Source of the DNA: Mobula birostris
Lineage: Eukaryota
Direction: 5' to 3'
Length of the DNA: 64,000 bases
Assembly: GCF_030028105.1 (NCBI RefSeq)
Contig: NC_092372.1
Span: forward strand, 160,400,058 to 160,464,057
The notes under the pieces were generated by a model that was not told where the DNA came from, did no database searches, and worked only from the letters and a program-made list of their open reading frames with translations. This document shows positions 38,471 through 52,648 of the stretch, piece by piece. Position 1 is the first letter of the stretch. Every line of letters begins with the position of its first letter. The position numbers and the translations under genes were made by a program.

Positions 38471-41283
38471 AAAGAGTTACAAACAAACTGAATTTAGAAT
38501 TTTATGGTTACTATTGGGGAGATCACGAATCATAATTTTGCCAAACAATGTTTAAAAGGAACAGTGACAACTTGGTAATATACCGTCATAATGATTCATA
38601 CACCATAGATAAGAATGATTTGGTTCACGATATGAGCAAATGACTTTTAAAGGAGATATTCATTTAGACTAGTCCCATTCTCCTTTCCATGAACTTGTTA
38701 AAACACTTATCCAGTATGCTTCTGTAAGTTGTTGTCCAACTGGACTGAGGTTCAGTTGGTAATTATGCAGAGAACTAGCTGTAGTATCTTGGTCACTGGT
38801 TCCTATCTTCCAAGTCTTCTCATCTGCACATTTGATATCCTCCTCTTTCACTGCACACAACACTAATTTTGGTAAGAGCACAGGCATACTGTGTTGAGGG
38901 AGTGGATATTGTCGTGTCCAGCCCCACAACTTGGCTAAAAAAAACTAGTGTAAGCAAGTGGATTGCTTTGCATTTGGTTGCTATATCTTGATGGTTTACA
39001 CAAGTTTTTATCATAAGGGTGTTCTTAAGTGAATGTTTTTAAATAATTATTTAAATGATTAAACCCACTTGAATAGGTTTTGATCGTTAGTGCATTTCAA
39101 AGCAGGTCAGGAAGCCATTGACATCAATGAATTGTCAAAAGGTAATTGGCTCAGTCTGGGGCAGGTTGTCAGGGACAGCTGCCTGTGGATTGACCAGAGT
39201 TCATGAACTGTTCCAACTTGCTTCAGGGACATTTGCTCAGGCAGGGCCAATTATCAATAAACAGAGAAGCTAAGTATTATGCTTGTCTTAAATTTCATTT
39301 ATACACATGTTCATATAAGGTGTCATGACAGAAGCTGGAAGTTAGGAAGTTAAAGGATCCTGTGCATCCAATAAGAGCACCCAAGATGGCCATTGTAGGT
39401 GATCTTTCAATGCTCAGACTGGGCACGTGTGGGCATCAGCCTGATCAGACTGAGGTTTCTGGCACCAACATTGGCACAGATCAGGGAGCTATCAAGAAGG
39501 CATTATGTCTGTGATGCCCTGAGGAATCCAAATGTAAGTGCTTCTGACTCTAACCAATATGGGTGAAAATAAGTCCTAATGCAGGATTTCTACCTGAAAT
39601 ATTGACAATTCACCTCATGCCACGAATGCTGTTTGACTCATTGAGTTATTCCAATCATCCAGCATCTGTGGTCTCTTGTATTTCCATTGGTTATTTTTAT
39701 GTGTAAATAAGATTTAGAAAATCATGATATCTTGTTTCCCTACAGCTGGAATAAACTGGAGGATATATGAAGCCCATGACCACTGTAGCAGTGGCCAGAG
39801 GTTCTATTCAACTGACTACCAAGGGCCTGAAAGTGGCTTTGAAGTGGAGTGTGTGGTGGTTGGATACTGCATGGAGCCTGCAGTGACTCAATGGCAAGGA
39901 CAAGGTCCTCAGTTTTCAACATTATGCACTGGTCATTGCAAAACATCTACTCTTCTATAGGTTAGGTCACACTTCCTATGTTGAACCTCCTACTGACCTT
40001 CAATTCTTCAAGGTGGTTCTTGTCAGTGGTCAGCAGCATGTTAATCCTGATATTTAAGCAAAGCCCTGTGGACATTTGCATCTCTGGTGATATAGTCATA
40101 ATGAAGGAAGTTTCATGAGAATCTTTACCTTTGAAATTCAGGATGGTTGGTTTCACATTACTGCAGCTTTAAACTGCAGAATAGAATACTGAAAGTCAAA
40201 CATTTCTGTTCAGTCCACCGTCTTCTCTTTTATCTCCCAGCACTTTGCCTAACCAGTGTTATTTCTACATCTGCCAGCATATACACTTACTATCTTTTCT
40301 GAAAATTATTCCCGTAAGGTTCTCTTTAATCCTTACTAACACCACCAAAAGGTTTTCCAGATGAGCTTTCTTGCTGAGGGTTACATTTAAGATTACAATC
40401 ATTTCTCTATCATCTCTGCTGCAGTTTGATAAACCTTGGATCTGTAAGTTTATCTGCAGATCCGATATAAATCAGCCAAAGAATTGCATTATTGAGTAGC
40501 CATATCCTGTCTTTTCATAAAACATCAAATATATGCGGGTGTCTGTATCAATTGGTTTTTCCTCCACTGAACCAAATGACAGCACTAAGCTCACTAACAG
40601 GAAACGAAATACGGCATTCATGTGGTACATAACTGAACAAATCTAACAGTCCTGATTCATTAGTGACTCCTGAATTTAAAGTAGCAACATTTTTTAGTAT
40701 TTACAAATTAGATAATTCTAAGTATTGATCACTCATGCAGGCAATGGATAGACATGGTTGTCTGATACAGCTCAACTAGCAATGCAGCAGAATTTTAGGA
40801 AAACAATCATGGAATTAAGTCCTTGTTAAAAATGTCTCAATTCAGACATGCTATTGTTTTAGTGGCACTTCTATTTTGTAACTTACTGCTACAGAACAAA
40901 GTTAAGTTAACTTGAAGCTAATGTGATTCAACGCTTTTTACAATTAACACAGGGGTAATCTTCATCAGTTTATTATTGGATTATATTCAAACACAGGAAT
41001 GCAAGGCCAGCAAACACATGCATGTCATATCTGAGTTTCTACAAACAGACTATTATCAATACATGGGTACCAAAACAAGATGTTCTTAAATAGCTTAGAG
41101 TTTTCTTTAGGATCTTTCCAAATTACAAGCCAAAACAGTGATGAAAATGTATTTTTTTCAAGGGCTGTGCAGGCATCGCCTTCTGCTGTCTCTGAAATTG
41201 TGAATTTTATTATCCAAGCAGATTATGAGTCCTTCACAAAAAGGTCAAGTCCATTTTTATTTAACCAAGCTGTTGCTCACGTG

Positions 41284-41330
41284 GTGTGTGTGTGTGTGTG
41301 TGTGTGTGTGTGGAGAGGGAGAGAGAGAGA
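41284..41330. repeat. (GT)n/(GA)n microsatellite
   Basis: Seen directly. Confidence 0.95.
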
Positions 41331-41404
41331 CCTGTTCCTCTCAACTTTGAGTTAAATGGTTGCTGGCTCATCCCATTTCTGAAATAGCTCTCAAGAGTTG
41401 CCAC

Positions 41405-41600
41405 ACTTCCAGCCCACAACTCACTAACCCTAACTGTATCTCTTTGGACGTGGTTGAAAACCGAAGCACCTCACTGAAAGCCACGCGGTCGCAAGGAGAA
41501 TGAACAAACTCCTTAACGGCAGTGGTGGGGATTGAACCCTGGCTGATGATTACTGCTGCTGTAACAGCATTCCACTAACTGTTACACTACCGTGCCACCC
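41405..41600 (-). mobile_element. V-SINE/HE1-like SINE
   Basis: Minus strand gggtggcacggtagtgta...gggttcaatccc...ggagtttgttcattctcc. Confidence 0.7.
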
Positions 41601-41824
41601 CAACTCATGCACTCTTTGCCCTAATCAGTGAAGGCACCCTAGCTAAGTATATCATCACTTTTAGGCAACTATGTATTTGTACCCTTAGCTCTCTCTATTC
41701 TACAACGTTCTCCAGGTTATTACCATTTACTTGTTAAGTCTTTCCCTTAACTTTCCAAAATGCAGCATGTCACACTTGTTCCGATGCACATTCTCATCCA
41801 GACTATTTTACAGAGGGCAAACAA

Positions 41825-42070
41825 AAGGGAAGCACCGTATCATTGCAGTTAGCATAACACTATTACAGGGACAACAACCTGGACTCAATGCTGCTGATGT
41901 CCTTAAGGCGTTTTGTGTGTTTTCCCCTGGACCATGTGGGTCTCCTCAGGGTGTTCCAGTTTCACCCTACATTCCAAAGACAATCCAGGTTGCTAGGTTA
42001 AGCGGTCACTTGGGTGTAATTGGCCAGTACATGCACATTGGGTCATCGTGCTGTATCTCTAAGTAAAATT
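41825..42070 (+). mobile_element. V-SINE/HE1-like SINE within an old CR1 fragment (~41600-42230)
   Basis: Homologous to 38205-38470. Confidence 0.65.
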
Positions 42071-42779
42071 ACAAAATAAAAAGTGGACCCAGTACCAATC
42101 CCATGGCACACTACTAGTCACAGGCTTCCATTCGGGAAAAAATGGCCCTCCTCAATCATCCTTGGACGCTTTCCACCACACCAATTTTGTATCCAAATAG
42201 CTAGCTCACCCTGGATCCCACATGACCTGTGTGCAGGTATCTAGGTAGGAAAACACCAGTCTAGTATTGAGGGAACTCCACAGCACCCAGAGTGAGCTGT
42301 AGGTCCAAAAGCATTTTGCAGTACTGATATTGTAGAGCATCACTGAGCAAACTTTGCTGTACTGACGGAGTGATATTAATTGGGGAATGCTACCATACCT
42401 TTGTCCAGTTGAGTGAATCTGTCACGACCTACCCTTACTGCAATTGCACCTTTGCAATTCTAAGAATATAATCTTGCTCCCTTTCCATCCACCCATGCAG
42501 TTCATAGTAACACTGTTGAGAAAAGATTGCTGGGTCCCACATATGACGACAACACTCAATCCTGTCTGACTACCACCACTCTCAGCTTCCTGCTCTGTAT
42601 GTGATTCACCACAGCACCCATCGTTCAATCCACAGAAATGCCCTTCCAATAAATATTGGGAACCTCAGACCCAAGTTATTGGCCCTGCTTAAAGTTCCAT
42701 TTGCTGAACACTGTTTGATTTCTCTCACTGGTAACTTTCTATTGAGTTTGAGCCCAAGATTAACTGTTCCATCACTATG

Positions 42780-43335
42780 AGCGGTCCTATAAAATGTAGT
42801 GAATATGGTCCATTCCATCAGGGGTAAAGCCTTTCTCACCATTGAGCACATCTACACAGAATGCTGTTGCAGGAAAGCAGCATCCATCATCAAGGACCCT
42901 CACCACCCAGGCTATGCTCTCTTCTCATTGCCACCATCACAGACAAGGTACAGGAGGTTCAGGATCCACACCGCCAGGTTCAGGAACAGTTATTACACCT
43001 CAACTATCAGGCTCTTGAACCACGGGTATAACTTCACTCGCCCCATTACTTAACTGTTCCCTCAATGTATGGACTCACATTCAAGGACTCCTCATCTCAT
43101 GCTTACATTATTTATTGTTTATTTATTTATTTATTTATTCTCTCTTTTCCTCTTCCATATTTGCATAGTTTGTTGTTCCACTGGCCGTTTGTCCATCCTT
43201 TTGGGCGTGGTCTTTCATTGATTCTATTGCGATTCTTGGATTTACTGTGTGTGCCCACAAGAAAGTGAATCTCAGGGTTGTATATGGTGACATTATCTAC
43301 TTTGATAAAAAATTTACTTTCCACTTTTGCACTTT
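42780..43335 (+). mobile_element. Rex1/Babar-like LINE 3' fragment
   Basis: RKAASIIKDPHHPGYALFSLPPS...HTARFRNSY; tail gaatctcagggttgtatatggtgac...actttga. Confidence 0.82.
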
Positions 43336-46300
43336 GAAGAACATCTATTTCACCTTGGTTATGTTATCAATTCCCTCCTGCTCAAAGCTTTATTCGTGTC
43401 CTTGTTCCCTATAAATACAACCAATACAATGTTGCTTGGACTGCATGGATCAGTTGGGCCGACGAGACCATTTCAATGCTGTCTCTTTTCTATGTACAGA
43501 CCTTTTCTGTGTAAAGGTGTGTTCGGCTGAAGTTCTGCAGTCTATACCTCAATTCACAACAACTTTGCTCCCCAAACCTCCCTTTGATTTCGATGTTTGT
43601 CTCCTGCCTTGACAAACTCTCAGTTTTGAAATAATCTACTGCGTGACTTGTGCTAACTTCGTAACTCCCAGCTCTTCGAGCATTTGTGGCTTTCACTGTT
43701 CTCAATTCCAACAACATGTGCACCTTCATTTTGGAATGGTATAGAGGATGTTTTGGTCCATTGTGTTTATGGCACTTTATAGTAGAGTTCTTCAAGCAAT
43801 TCCATCTCCTATATGCAAGGAGATATGCTTTTATAGAAATTGTCGAATAATAAAATTTAGATATTTAGGAAAGTGTAATGGAATATTTAAGAAATATAAA
43901 ACTCCCCTCTACCAAATGTACACAACCTACACCATTTATCCATTTACAGTATGTATCATTTTAGCAATCAGTTTTATTTTACTTGAGGATATTTACTATT
44001 TACAAATAACCCTCCACTTTGACTTCCCTCCTTTTCCCACAGTTGTAACCAACCACCATAGTATTACAGAAATTTGTATTCAATATTAATAAAACAAAGT
44101 GAAAATAGATATAAAGGAAAGCACGCTGGTACGAGATAATATGATAAGTAATATTTCACTAAAAACCAAATATATGTCATACATTTACTGAATATTCTAT
44201 AAAATAGAACAATTTCAGTTTAAAGCATGTTTGCATTGATCTTCTTTTCTATTTTAGGTTGAGTCATTTTATTTCTCTCTCAGAATATGATCTAATGTTA
44301 TTAAAGCCACAGGGAGTACAAAACATCTTTCTAAAAAAAAGATACAGTTTCATGCTCTTCTTTTTTAATCTTGACTTTACTTTTATTGGAAAATATACAA
44401 TGTTTTTAAATTCTAAGGAACGATCTACATTGGCCAACCTATAAATATGGGCATTGGTGAGGGAAATTCATTCAAGTTAAACAATGGGCAGCACAATAAA
44501 CTTCCAAAGGTCTAACAAATAAATTTGTGTCAACATTACACAATGTTTGTCATTTTATGCAATAGGATGTGGAGCTGTGAACTCTTTTATTGATATCACT
44601 GAGAATCTTGCACTGCAAGCTTATTACTTCCCTAGATTTTTGTTGCTCTTTAAACACTCTGTATTCTGTCGATGCAATTGATTTCTTTTTATTCTGTTCT
44701 TTGCGCTATCAGATGTAGCATCTTACTTAAATTAACTCCAGTGAGCACCAGTGTAATTTCCACCACTTCAGCATCCTTCCTTACTCTTTCTCATTGAAAC
44801 TTTTAAATAGTAATCAACTAGGGGCATTTTCTATGCTTTTGAAACCAATTTAATTTAATTTGTCATTTTCGCAACAAGCAGATATTGAATATGGTGTCAT
44901 TTGTGTAGCCTTAATTTGCAGTCGACTCCCGGCAATAATTTTAGGTAGATCTGAAACCATAGATTTACACGATTCCCTATTTCTAGGCAATGTAAATTTT
45001 CACATCAGCTATACACATTTCATATGCAAATAACTTACTTGGTTAATGTTGACAAGCCATTAATAACTATATTACAACTTTTGTTACTGAAACAGTTCAA
45101 TCCTGAACATCCATAATTCTATTTACATTATAGCTGGACCAGTGGGACAGGATTTCCCATCACTTATCATCTGTCATTGTCAGACAGGGCCAGCTACTTC
45201 AAATGGTCACTGATGTTAGCACAAGGTTACTTTGTTGAGAGTTGATCGGGGCCAGAGGGTTTCTGAGGCTAGAAATACTGTATGTTAGGCAGGTCAGGAA
45301 AAATACAAGCAAAGAGGGAGAGCAGTGATAGTAACTGATAGGACATCACACAGCTTTTCAAAAATTTTATGGAGCCTATGGATCCTGTTTGCAAGAAGAC
45401 GAAATGATAAAGGCTCCCAAACAAAAGAAAGAGACACAGCAAGAAGGTAGAAAAAAAACACAGAATGTTTACATCTGATAGCTAGACAAAGCAAGCATGA
45501 GAACAGGAATGAGAGAGACAGAGAGAAGCATAGAGGCAGACAGAAAGACAGCATGGTATGAGTTGGTTTGCAAGAGGAGCAAGAGTGGGAAATAAAAATA
45601 ATAGTACAATAGCAGAAATCTCAGAGAACTACTTCATGTGTCATGTGCAGAGAGGTGGTGGTGCTATTAAGAGATCTGGAGTTACTCAAGGGTTAAAGGT
45701 GCTGATAGTGAAAAACCAGTGCTGGCAGAGACACCCACCCTAGTTTTCTTACCCATGATCATTAACCACATGACCACATTGAAGACGTAAAAGTAAGGGT
45801 GCGTCTGTCTAATGTGTCAGTTACTGGATGAGGAAATTTCTGGCAATCTCCATGGGTGGCATTTCACAATTCCCCAGAAATTGCTTGAAATGAACAAATT
45901 ACACAAATGGGGGATTGTTTTTGCAGAGGATGATCCTGAGCAGATAACCCAGCTCTGGCTGCCACAGGATTCTTAGTGTATTGTTTTCAAATCTTCAAAA
46001 ACTTAGTTTATTTCAAAAATTTGAAAGTTTTGAACCTCTATTCATATAAGTTATGAGAAATATTACAGCACCTGGGAAAAGTGTTTGGTGCAATCCGTCG
46101 CTTCTTGATGGAAATTTAGGGAGTGTTGTTGCACAATTTGCCTCGCAAAAGAACTAGTGACCCTTTACTTCATTCTTCTTCATTCTGGACAGTTTCTTCT
46201 GCTACACAAAGTAGGGAGGCTATTGTGATTTCAAAATTGCGTGGCTAAGGAAAAAGTGTATTTGAAATGTACAAGGCACCTTATGAAGAGTATTATTCAA

Positions 46301-47165
46301 TCACTGGAAACTATTTTTTCCTGTGTTGTAAGCTCTGTGTATTTTTTTACACCTTCATGGGAGGGAGGGAACGAACAAATGGCTATTTTCATGCTTGATA
46401 TTCAGAGCTCCTTAATAACTGTAGAAGCAAAGATATCGCTATGATCAAAGGGAACTTCAAACCATCCTACACAAGTGAAGCAGTGACTAATTAGAGGAAA
46501 ATAAAATGCTACTAAATACTGTTATCTCCAATAATCAAGGTCAAATTTTCTTCAGTCTCCAGGTCCCGAAATAACAATTCCATCAATCTCAGTCATTAGA
46601 AATAAAAGATACATCTCATTTTCATTACATTTTATACTAATGCATTATCACAGGTATAGAGAGGTAGCTAAACAAAACAATATTAAAATTACTTAATACA
46701 ACAAAGTGCTTGAAATGTTTCTATTCTGTAAAACGTACTTCTAATTAATCATCATATTAATTCAGCAAACAGCTATTTTCTTTTTCAACTTATCAAATAT
46801 TAATGAACATCATGTTTATATGACACTCTGCATTCCACTGAAAATTTTGAACCCTGTGGATATTTTATGGTGCTTTCAGAGCACTTTTTCAAATGGGAAG
46901 ACTTGAAAAGTATTATTAAAAATTCCAAATGTGAATTTAAATTCCAGATCTTACATCTGCTTTATTTTCTAATCATCTCAACACAAAACTGGTTGTGTTT
47001 TTGTAATTTATCAATTTCATATATGCCCCAAATCAAAATTATGGTAATAAATGTGTGCGTATGTATTATTGCATCATTATGTTCTTAATCCCATTCACTT
47101 ACCTCCATAACAGAACACTTCAACTTTGACTGCAACTCCTGAATGATTATCTGAAAATGATAAAA

Positions 47166-47168
<3 letters not shown>

Positions 47169-47211
<43 letters not shown>
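47169..47211. repeat. (GT)n microsatellite
   Basis: Perfect dinucleotide run ~230 nt past the donor of exon 47444-47570. Confidence 0.97.
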
Positions 47212-47217
<6 letters not shown>

Positions 47218-47443
47218 AGAAAATAATATGAAGTAAAATAAACTAATTACCATTAATTTGGTTAACCACAAATCAAAATTAAATAACCTACCCTAAAAAT
47301 AATTGATTAGAGTTGTTTATTTGAATCTGCTGTAGATCTTGCCTTCTATCAACTTCAGATTTCCAGCATTTTTCTCTTTATGATTCAGAAGAACATCTCA
47401 CTCTCACTCTATGCTTTGAACCCAAAGCCAGGTCCCATCTTAC

Positions 47444-47570
47444 CTGCACTGCCCAGAGGTAGTCTAATCGCAACTTTAGGTCTAATTGTCTAGAGTGAAG
47501 TCCAAGAGCACAAGCGAAAAGCAGGATTGCCAAAATAGATTCATATCCTCGTATGTAAAATGAACTGCCT
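47444..47570 (-). CDS. ADCY1: ADCY1 coding exon (GSSFYIRGYESILAILLFACAL...LRLDYLWAVQ; last TM)
   Basis: 127 bp; acceptor atttctgcag, donor gtaaga, phase 2 to 0; RLDYLW motif of membrane adenylyl cyclases. Confidence 0.95.
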
Positions 47571-48715
47571 CTGCAGAAATCATAGAACAAGGAACAACTT
47601 GACATTTCAGTAGTAGTTCTTCAGGTGAAAAATATATTAATGCAATTTTAATATATGTATGAAATTTTAAATAGAATCAATGAATTTAGAAAAGAATTAA
47701 GTTTCCTTGATTAAAATAAATCAGAAGACACTGTCATATAGCTGAACGATTGATGAAAAATAAACTCTTACTTCTGTTTTACAGATTTACTACACATTAC
47801 AGTCAATGATGTTATGCTTTTATTCGCTCTTTTTAAATATGTAGCTAATTGGCTTACATTGAACAATTGAGAATTTTATTTAGGTAGTAAAGAAAATAGT
47901 TTTGAGTGAATGGGATATGTACATTTCTTTGATGGTACTTCTAAGGATCACTAGTTAAATGATAAAAAATTATGTCCTTTTAACGACTATCCATAAAGAA
48001 TTCTAACTGCCACTGTTGCAAAGTTTGGGCTAGAAATTTCATGTGTAATGTAACACTTCCATGTTCCATCTGACTGAATTAATCGAAAACCCAGCCATTA
48101 AATAGAACTGGATACATCATCTCCTCGCAACACACTTCTGGACATTCAATGGCATTATTGCATGTCTTCACACACTGAAGCCTTTGAGTGAGAATAATCA
48201 GCGTGGGGAGAATGACTGACATCACTCTTGCTGTCGTCTACAGCAAAAAATAAAGTGAATGAATGAATGAACGAGCAAGGTTTCAGATCTAAAAGCTTAC
48301 CTCCAGATGGTTCACTTAAAAGACAAGTTCAGCAGTGAAGGTGCTTTCAAGAGGGGCAGATCTTCATTAATATTGTGTCTTATTTTCTTCCTGGCATATG
48401 GGGCCACAGTTGGGTAGGCCTAACCATCATGATTCTTATCCCAGTGGCAAAGATGCACACATCCATACACAGCCAAATTTCCCTAACAGTGGTCTCTGTA
48501 AGGGAGTTTCTCTTTAAGAATGTCCCTGAAGAAAATCACCTCGGTAAGATCATGCTTCATTAGTACAAGCCCTGGATGGCTGAAAAGAAGCTTCAAATAA
48601 GTGGGTCCAGGGCTCCAAGCAGCATCATATCTAATCCCATGTTGAGGTATTTCTAGACAACTTAGTTGAGTGTTAAATATAATATGCATTTAAGTTAAGA
48701 TATATAATTACTTAC

Positions 48716-48972
48716 CCCATTGCTCTTCTGTATCCACTAATCTCAAAAACTACTATGTATAAAATAGTGACGATGAACAGGAGGATCATTTTTGGTAATG
48801 AAGATACACGAAGGAATATTGCAAGACTTAGTGTTCCGACAACACATGCAAGGAAAGCATAATGCGCTGCATCACAGGGCAATTCATTCATTGTTTTATT
48901 GAATCCATCAGGAGCAACAATAACAATAGAGGTGCTGGAGTTGGTAGTCCATACCCAAGGCATGCAGCCAAC
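48716..48972 (-). CDS. ADCY1: ADCY1 coding exon (VGCMPWVW...RVSSLPKMILL...GYRRAM; extracellular loop and TM helices)
   Basis: 257 bp; acceptor ttttatacag, donor gtaagt, phase 0 to 2; contains the AC1 motif LAIFLRVSSLPKMILL. Confidence 0.95.
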
Positions 48973-49104
48973 CTGTATAAAACATAATAAGGTATCAAAA
49001 GCAAAGCAAACAGCATTGGTATTTCTTCCTGAAACCTCCAGAGACAAATTAAAATGCAATTCTGTAGTATTACTGGGTTTCCTCTAATTAAGTGCAACAC
49101 AACT

Positions 49105-49365
49105 TTGAGAGACAGCAGAGACTGCAGATGCTGGATCAACACACACAAAATAGAAACCTTCAATAAGACTGGAACAGAAGGACATAGAAGCCAGAATAAA
49201 AGGGTGGGGGAGGGAGAGCAGTAGGAACTGTCAGACCTAACCATTTTCCCTTTACTGCTCCCTTTGTGCCTTCTTTTCTAATCCTCATGAAAGGTGTCAG
49301 CCTAGAACTTTGACTGTTAATTTTCTTCCATAGATACTTCCTCCAGCATTTTGTGTGTGTTGATC
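49105..49365. repeat. Pair of divergent PLE-terminus-like repeats
   Basis: Minus copy 49105-49230 (actgcagatgctgg); plus copy 49270-49365 (atcctcatgaaaggtgtcagcc...tgactg...ctccagcattttgtgtgtg). Confidence 0.6.
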
Positions 49366-50544
49366 CATAATTTTAATGCTTTAAACAACACATACGGTAT
49401 GTTCTAATGGTGAGATTGCACTTTAGCTGTTAATTTTCCATAAATGATAAATTTAGTAGTTAAAAAGTCTTCCTGGTAATAAAATCAAAGAGAAGTTGAA
49501 TATCCCAGATTAACCTATCAGACCATCAAGGTAATTCATAAAGTCAAGTTCTCCTTGCCAAGATCTTCATTAGTATATTAAGGAGTTTCATGATTGACAT
49601 GCGTGTGTCTTAATCCATTGGTGAGGACCACAGAAGAACAAATGCTTCAAGACAAGCTTCAATTTAAATAGGATGAATTTGATGAATTCAGCAGTTGATG
49701 AGTGATCTCTTCTGCTATATTCTGCCCAATGTAAAGATGAAACATATGATAACTACAGGACTGACCATCAACCTGAACTCACATGATCCTTCACTGACTA
49801 TTTGAAGACAAGCATCAGTTTTTGTGCAAGGAGCTGTAGTAATTTTATTTGCACACGAACACTAATGCAGCTGTTCACCCACCCCTTTTCCTAGTCATGA
49901 AAGGAATACTGATCATTTTGTATCTCTTTGAATTCATCTCTTCTTCAAATATTGGCATATAATTGAGTGATCTCTGAATGAATGGCCATCACCAGCAATT
50001 TAAGCAATTTATCCTAAGTACACTAGTATTAAATTAATAATAACCTGCCCCTAATGTTACTCTTCCTCCCATGGAAAATTTGACATTTCAAGATAAAGAA
50101 TTTCATGAATTAAATTTCACAGGCAAATAAGCAACAAACAAATTCAGGCTTGGGATGTGCAAACATGGTGAAAGAGAACAGTTCTCAGACGTGGAAATCA
50201 GTGATATATTAGTGCTGCTGTCCTGAGTAATGATGAAGCATACCAAGTCTTAGTTGGTGAATGTCATTCCATTCTATTCGGTGGTTGAACTACATCAACC
50301 AATTGGAAGAAAAGTCCTTGTATATTTCATAAATGAAATAATCCTATAATTCTTAAAAAAGTCACTAAAGCTGATAGACAAGTCATGCACAGAAGTGTAC
50401 CCTATAATACAGTGTGAAATGGAGTTGGCAACTACTGTTTTCACAAAGACAGCTGGTTTGTACTGGTTGAAATTCTTAAGAAATTTTGATGGTGATTTTC
50501 ATCTACAAGGCTTTGATTTACAAGTATGTTCAAAGATTAAGTCT

Positions 50545-52020
50545 TATGTGTGGCACCTTGTCAAATGCCTTCTGAAAATCTAAGTACACAACATCAACCA
50601 ATTCTCCTTTCTTCAAAAAATTCCCACAGATTTGTCAAGCAAGATTTTCCCTTGAGGAAGCTATGCTGACTATGGCCTATTTTATCAGGTGCCTCCAAGT
50701 ACCCCAAAATCATATCCTTAACAATTGACTCCAACATCTTTCCAACCACTGAGGTCAGACTAACTGGCTTATAGTTTTATTTCTTTTGCATCTCTCCCTT
50801 CTTGAAGAGTGTAGTGACATTGCAATTTCCCAGTCTTCCAGAACTATTCCAGATTCTGGAAAAAAAACACTACAAGTGCCTCCACAATCTCTTCAACCAC
50901 TTCCTTCAGAATCTTGGGGTGTAAACCATCTTGTCCAGGTGACTTTTCTACCTTAGGTCTTTCTGTATCTCTAGAACCCTTTCCCTAGTTCTGGTGGCTT
51001 CACACCCTTCATGACCCTGACACCTAGAACTTCCACCATACTGCTGGTGTCTTCCACAGTGAAGACTAATGAAAAATACTTATTCAGTTTGTCTGCCATT
51101 TCCTTGCCCCTCATTACTACCTTTACAGCATAATGTTCCAGCAGTCTGATATCCCTCTCGCCTTTCTTTTACACTTTATGTATCTGAAGGAACTTCTAGT
51201 ATCCTCTTTAATATTATTGGTTAGCTTACTTTCGTATTCCATCTTTACCTTCTCAATGACTTATTTAGTTGCATTTTGTTGTTTTTTTAAAAGCTTCCTA
51301 ATCCTCTAACTTCCCACTAATTTTTGCTTTACTATATGCCCTCTCTTTGGCTCTGACTTCTCTTATGAGCCACGGTTGTGTCATCTTGCCTTTAGAATAC
51401 TGCTTCTTCTTTGGGATGTATATATCCTGTGCCTTCCGAATTGCTTCCAGAAATTCCAGCCATTGTTGCTCTGCCATCATCCCTGCTAGCATTCTTTTTC
51501 AGTCAATTCTGGCCAACTCCTCTCTCATGCCTCTGTAATTCCTTTTACTCCACTGGAATACTGATACATCTGACTTTAGCTTCTCCTTCTCAAAATTCAG
51601 GGTGAATTCAATCAGATCATGATCAATTGCTCCTAAGGGTTCTTTTACATTAAGCTCTCCGATCAATTCTACTTCATTGCAGAACAACCAATCCAGAAAA
51701 ACTGTCCCCTAGTGGGCTCAATTATGAGTTGTTCTAAAAACCTATCTTGTAGGCATTCTAGAAATTCTCTCTTTGGAATACAGCCCCAACATGATTTTCC
51801 CAAACTACCTGCATATTGAAATCTCCCATGACTATTGTAATATTGCCCTTTTGGCATGCATTTTCTATCTCTCATTGTTTTTTTTTATAGACCACATCCT
51901 TACTACTGTTTGGAGGTCTGTATACAACTCCCATCAGGGTCTTTTACTCTTGCAGTTCCTTAGCTCTATCGACAATGATTCAACATTTTCCGATCCTATG
52001 TCACCTCTTTCTAATGATTC
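50545..52020 (-). mobile_element. CR1 LINE ORF2 fragment (endonuclease to N-terminal RT)
   Basis: EFLECLQDRFLEQLIIEPTRG, KEPLG..DHDLIEF, QPWL; homologous to 870-2380. Confidence 0.85.
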
Positions 52021-52558
52021 TTTCTCATCTTCCAGTGGAAAGATCCTAGTCTGTATTAAAATAATATGCAGAAAGCGCAGGCAGAGAAACATGGAGGGCT
52101 CTAGAAAGTGTGTCTGGTTGATTCAAGATTATCTGCAGCCTATGTAAACAGACACAATGGTACATTTTGAGTAAAGAGTTGAACCATGGACTTTCCTGGT
52201 CTTTATAAAATATTGAGCAACCAGACTCGTCTGGATTCCTATGGACTTCTATCTATTGGCAGATAATAACAATATGAGCAATAACAAATGAATGGCAATT
52301 CAAGTCAGAATAGTAACATAGCTGTCAAATTCAATGAATCTACCTCTCCGCCTTTTATAGGGTAAATTTCAAAACTGAAAATTACTCATGCGGATCCTAA
52401 ACCCAAGCTGACCAACACAAAATTAAACATTGAAAGCTAAAGTTACTCAGATTTTAGGATTTGTATTCATTGCCAAAGGCTATACTATATTGATGTAATT
52501 TCTACTGAATTTATGTATTTGGTATAGTTAAAAGGTTAAATAAATGACATTTGCTTAC

Positions 52559-52648
52559 CACACATCCCTGGGCCACAGCATAAGTTAACACAGCTATGAA
52601 GATGCAGATAATAGTTCGAATTTGTATTGTCAGGCATCCTGGAAAACA
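52559..52648 (-). CDS. ADCY1: ADCY1 coding exon (CFPGCLTIQIRTIICIFIAVLTYAVAQGCV)
   Basis: 90 bp; acceptor tatctcttcag, donor gtaagc, phase 0 to 0. Confidence 0.95.

Noticed and set aside
45294-45554. Hydrophobic minus-strand ORF as an extra ADCY1 transmembrane exon
   Set aside because: Arises from a low-complexity purine/pyrimidine tract; the flanking exons already join in frame as in known AC1.
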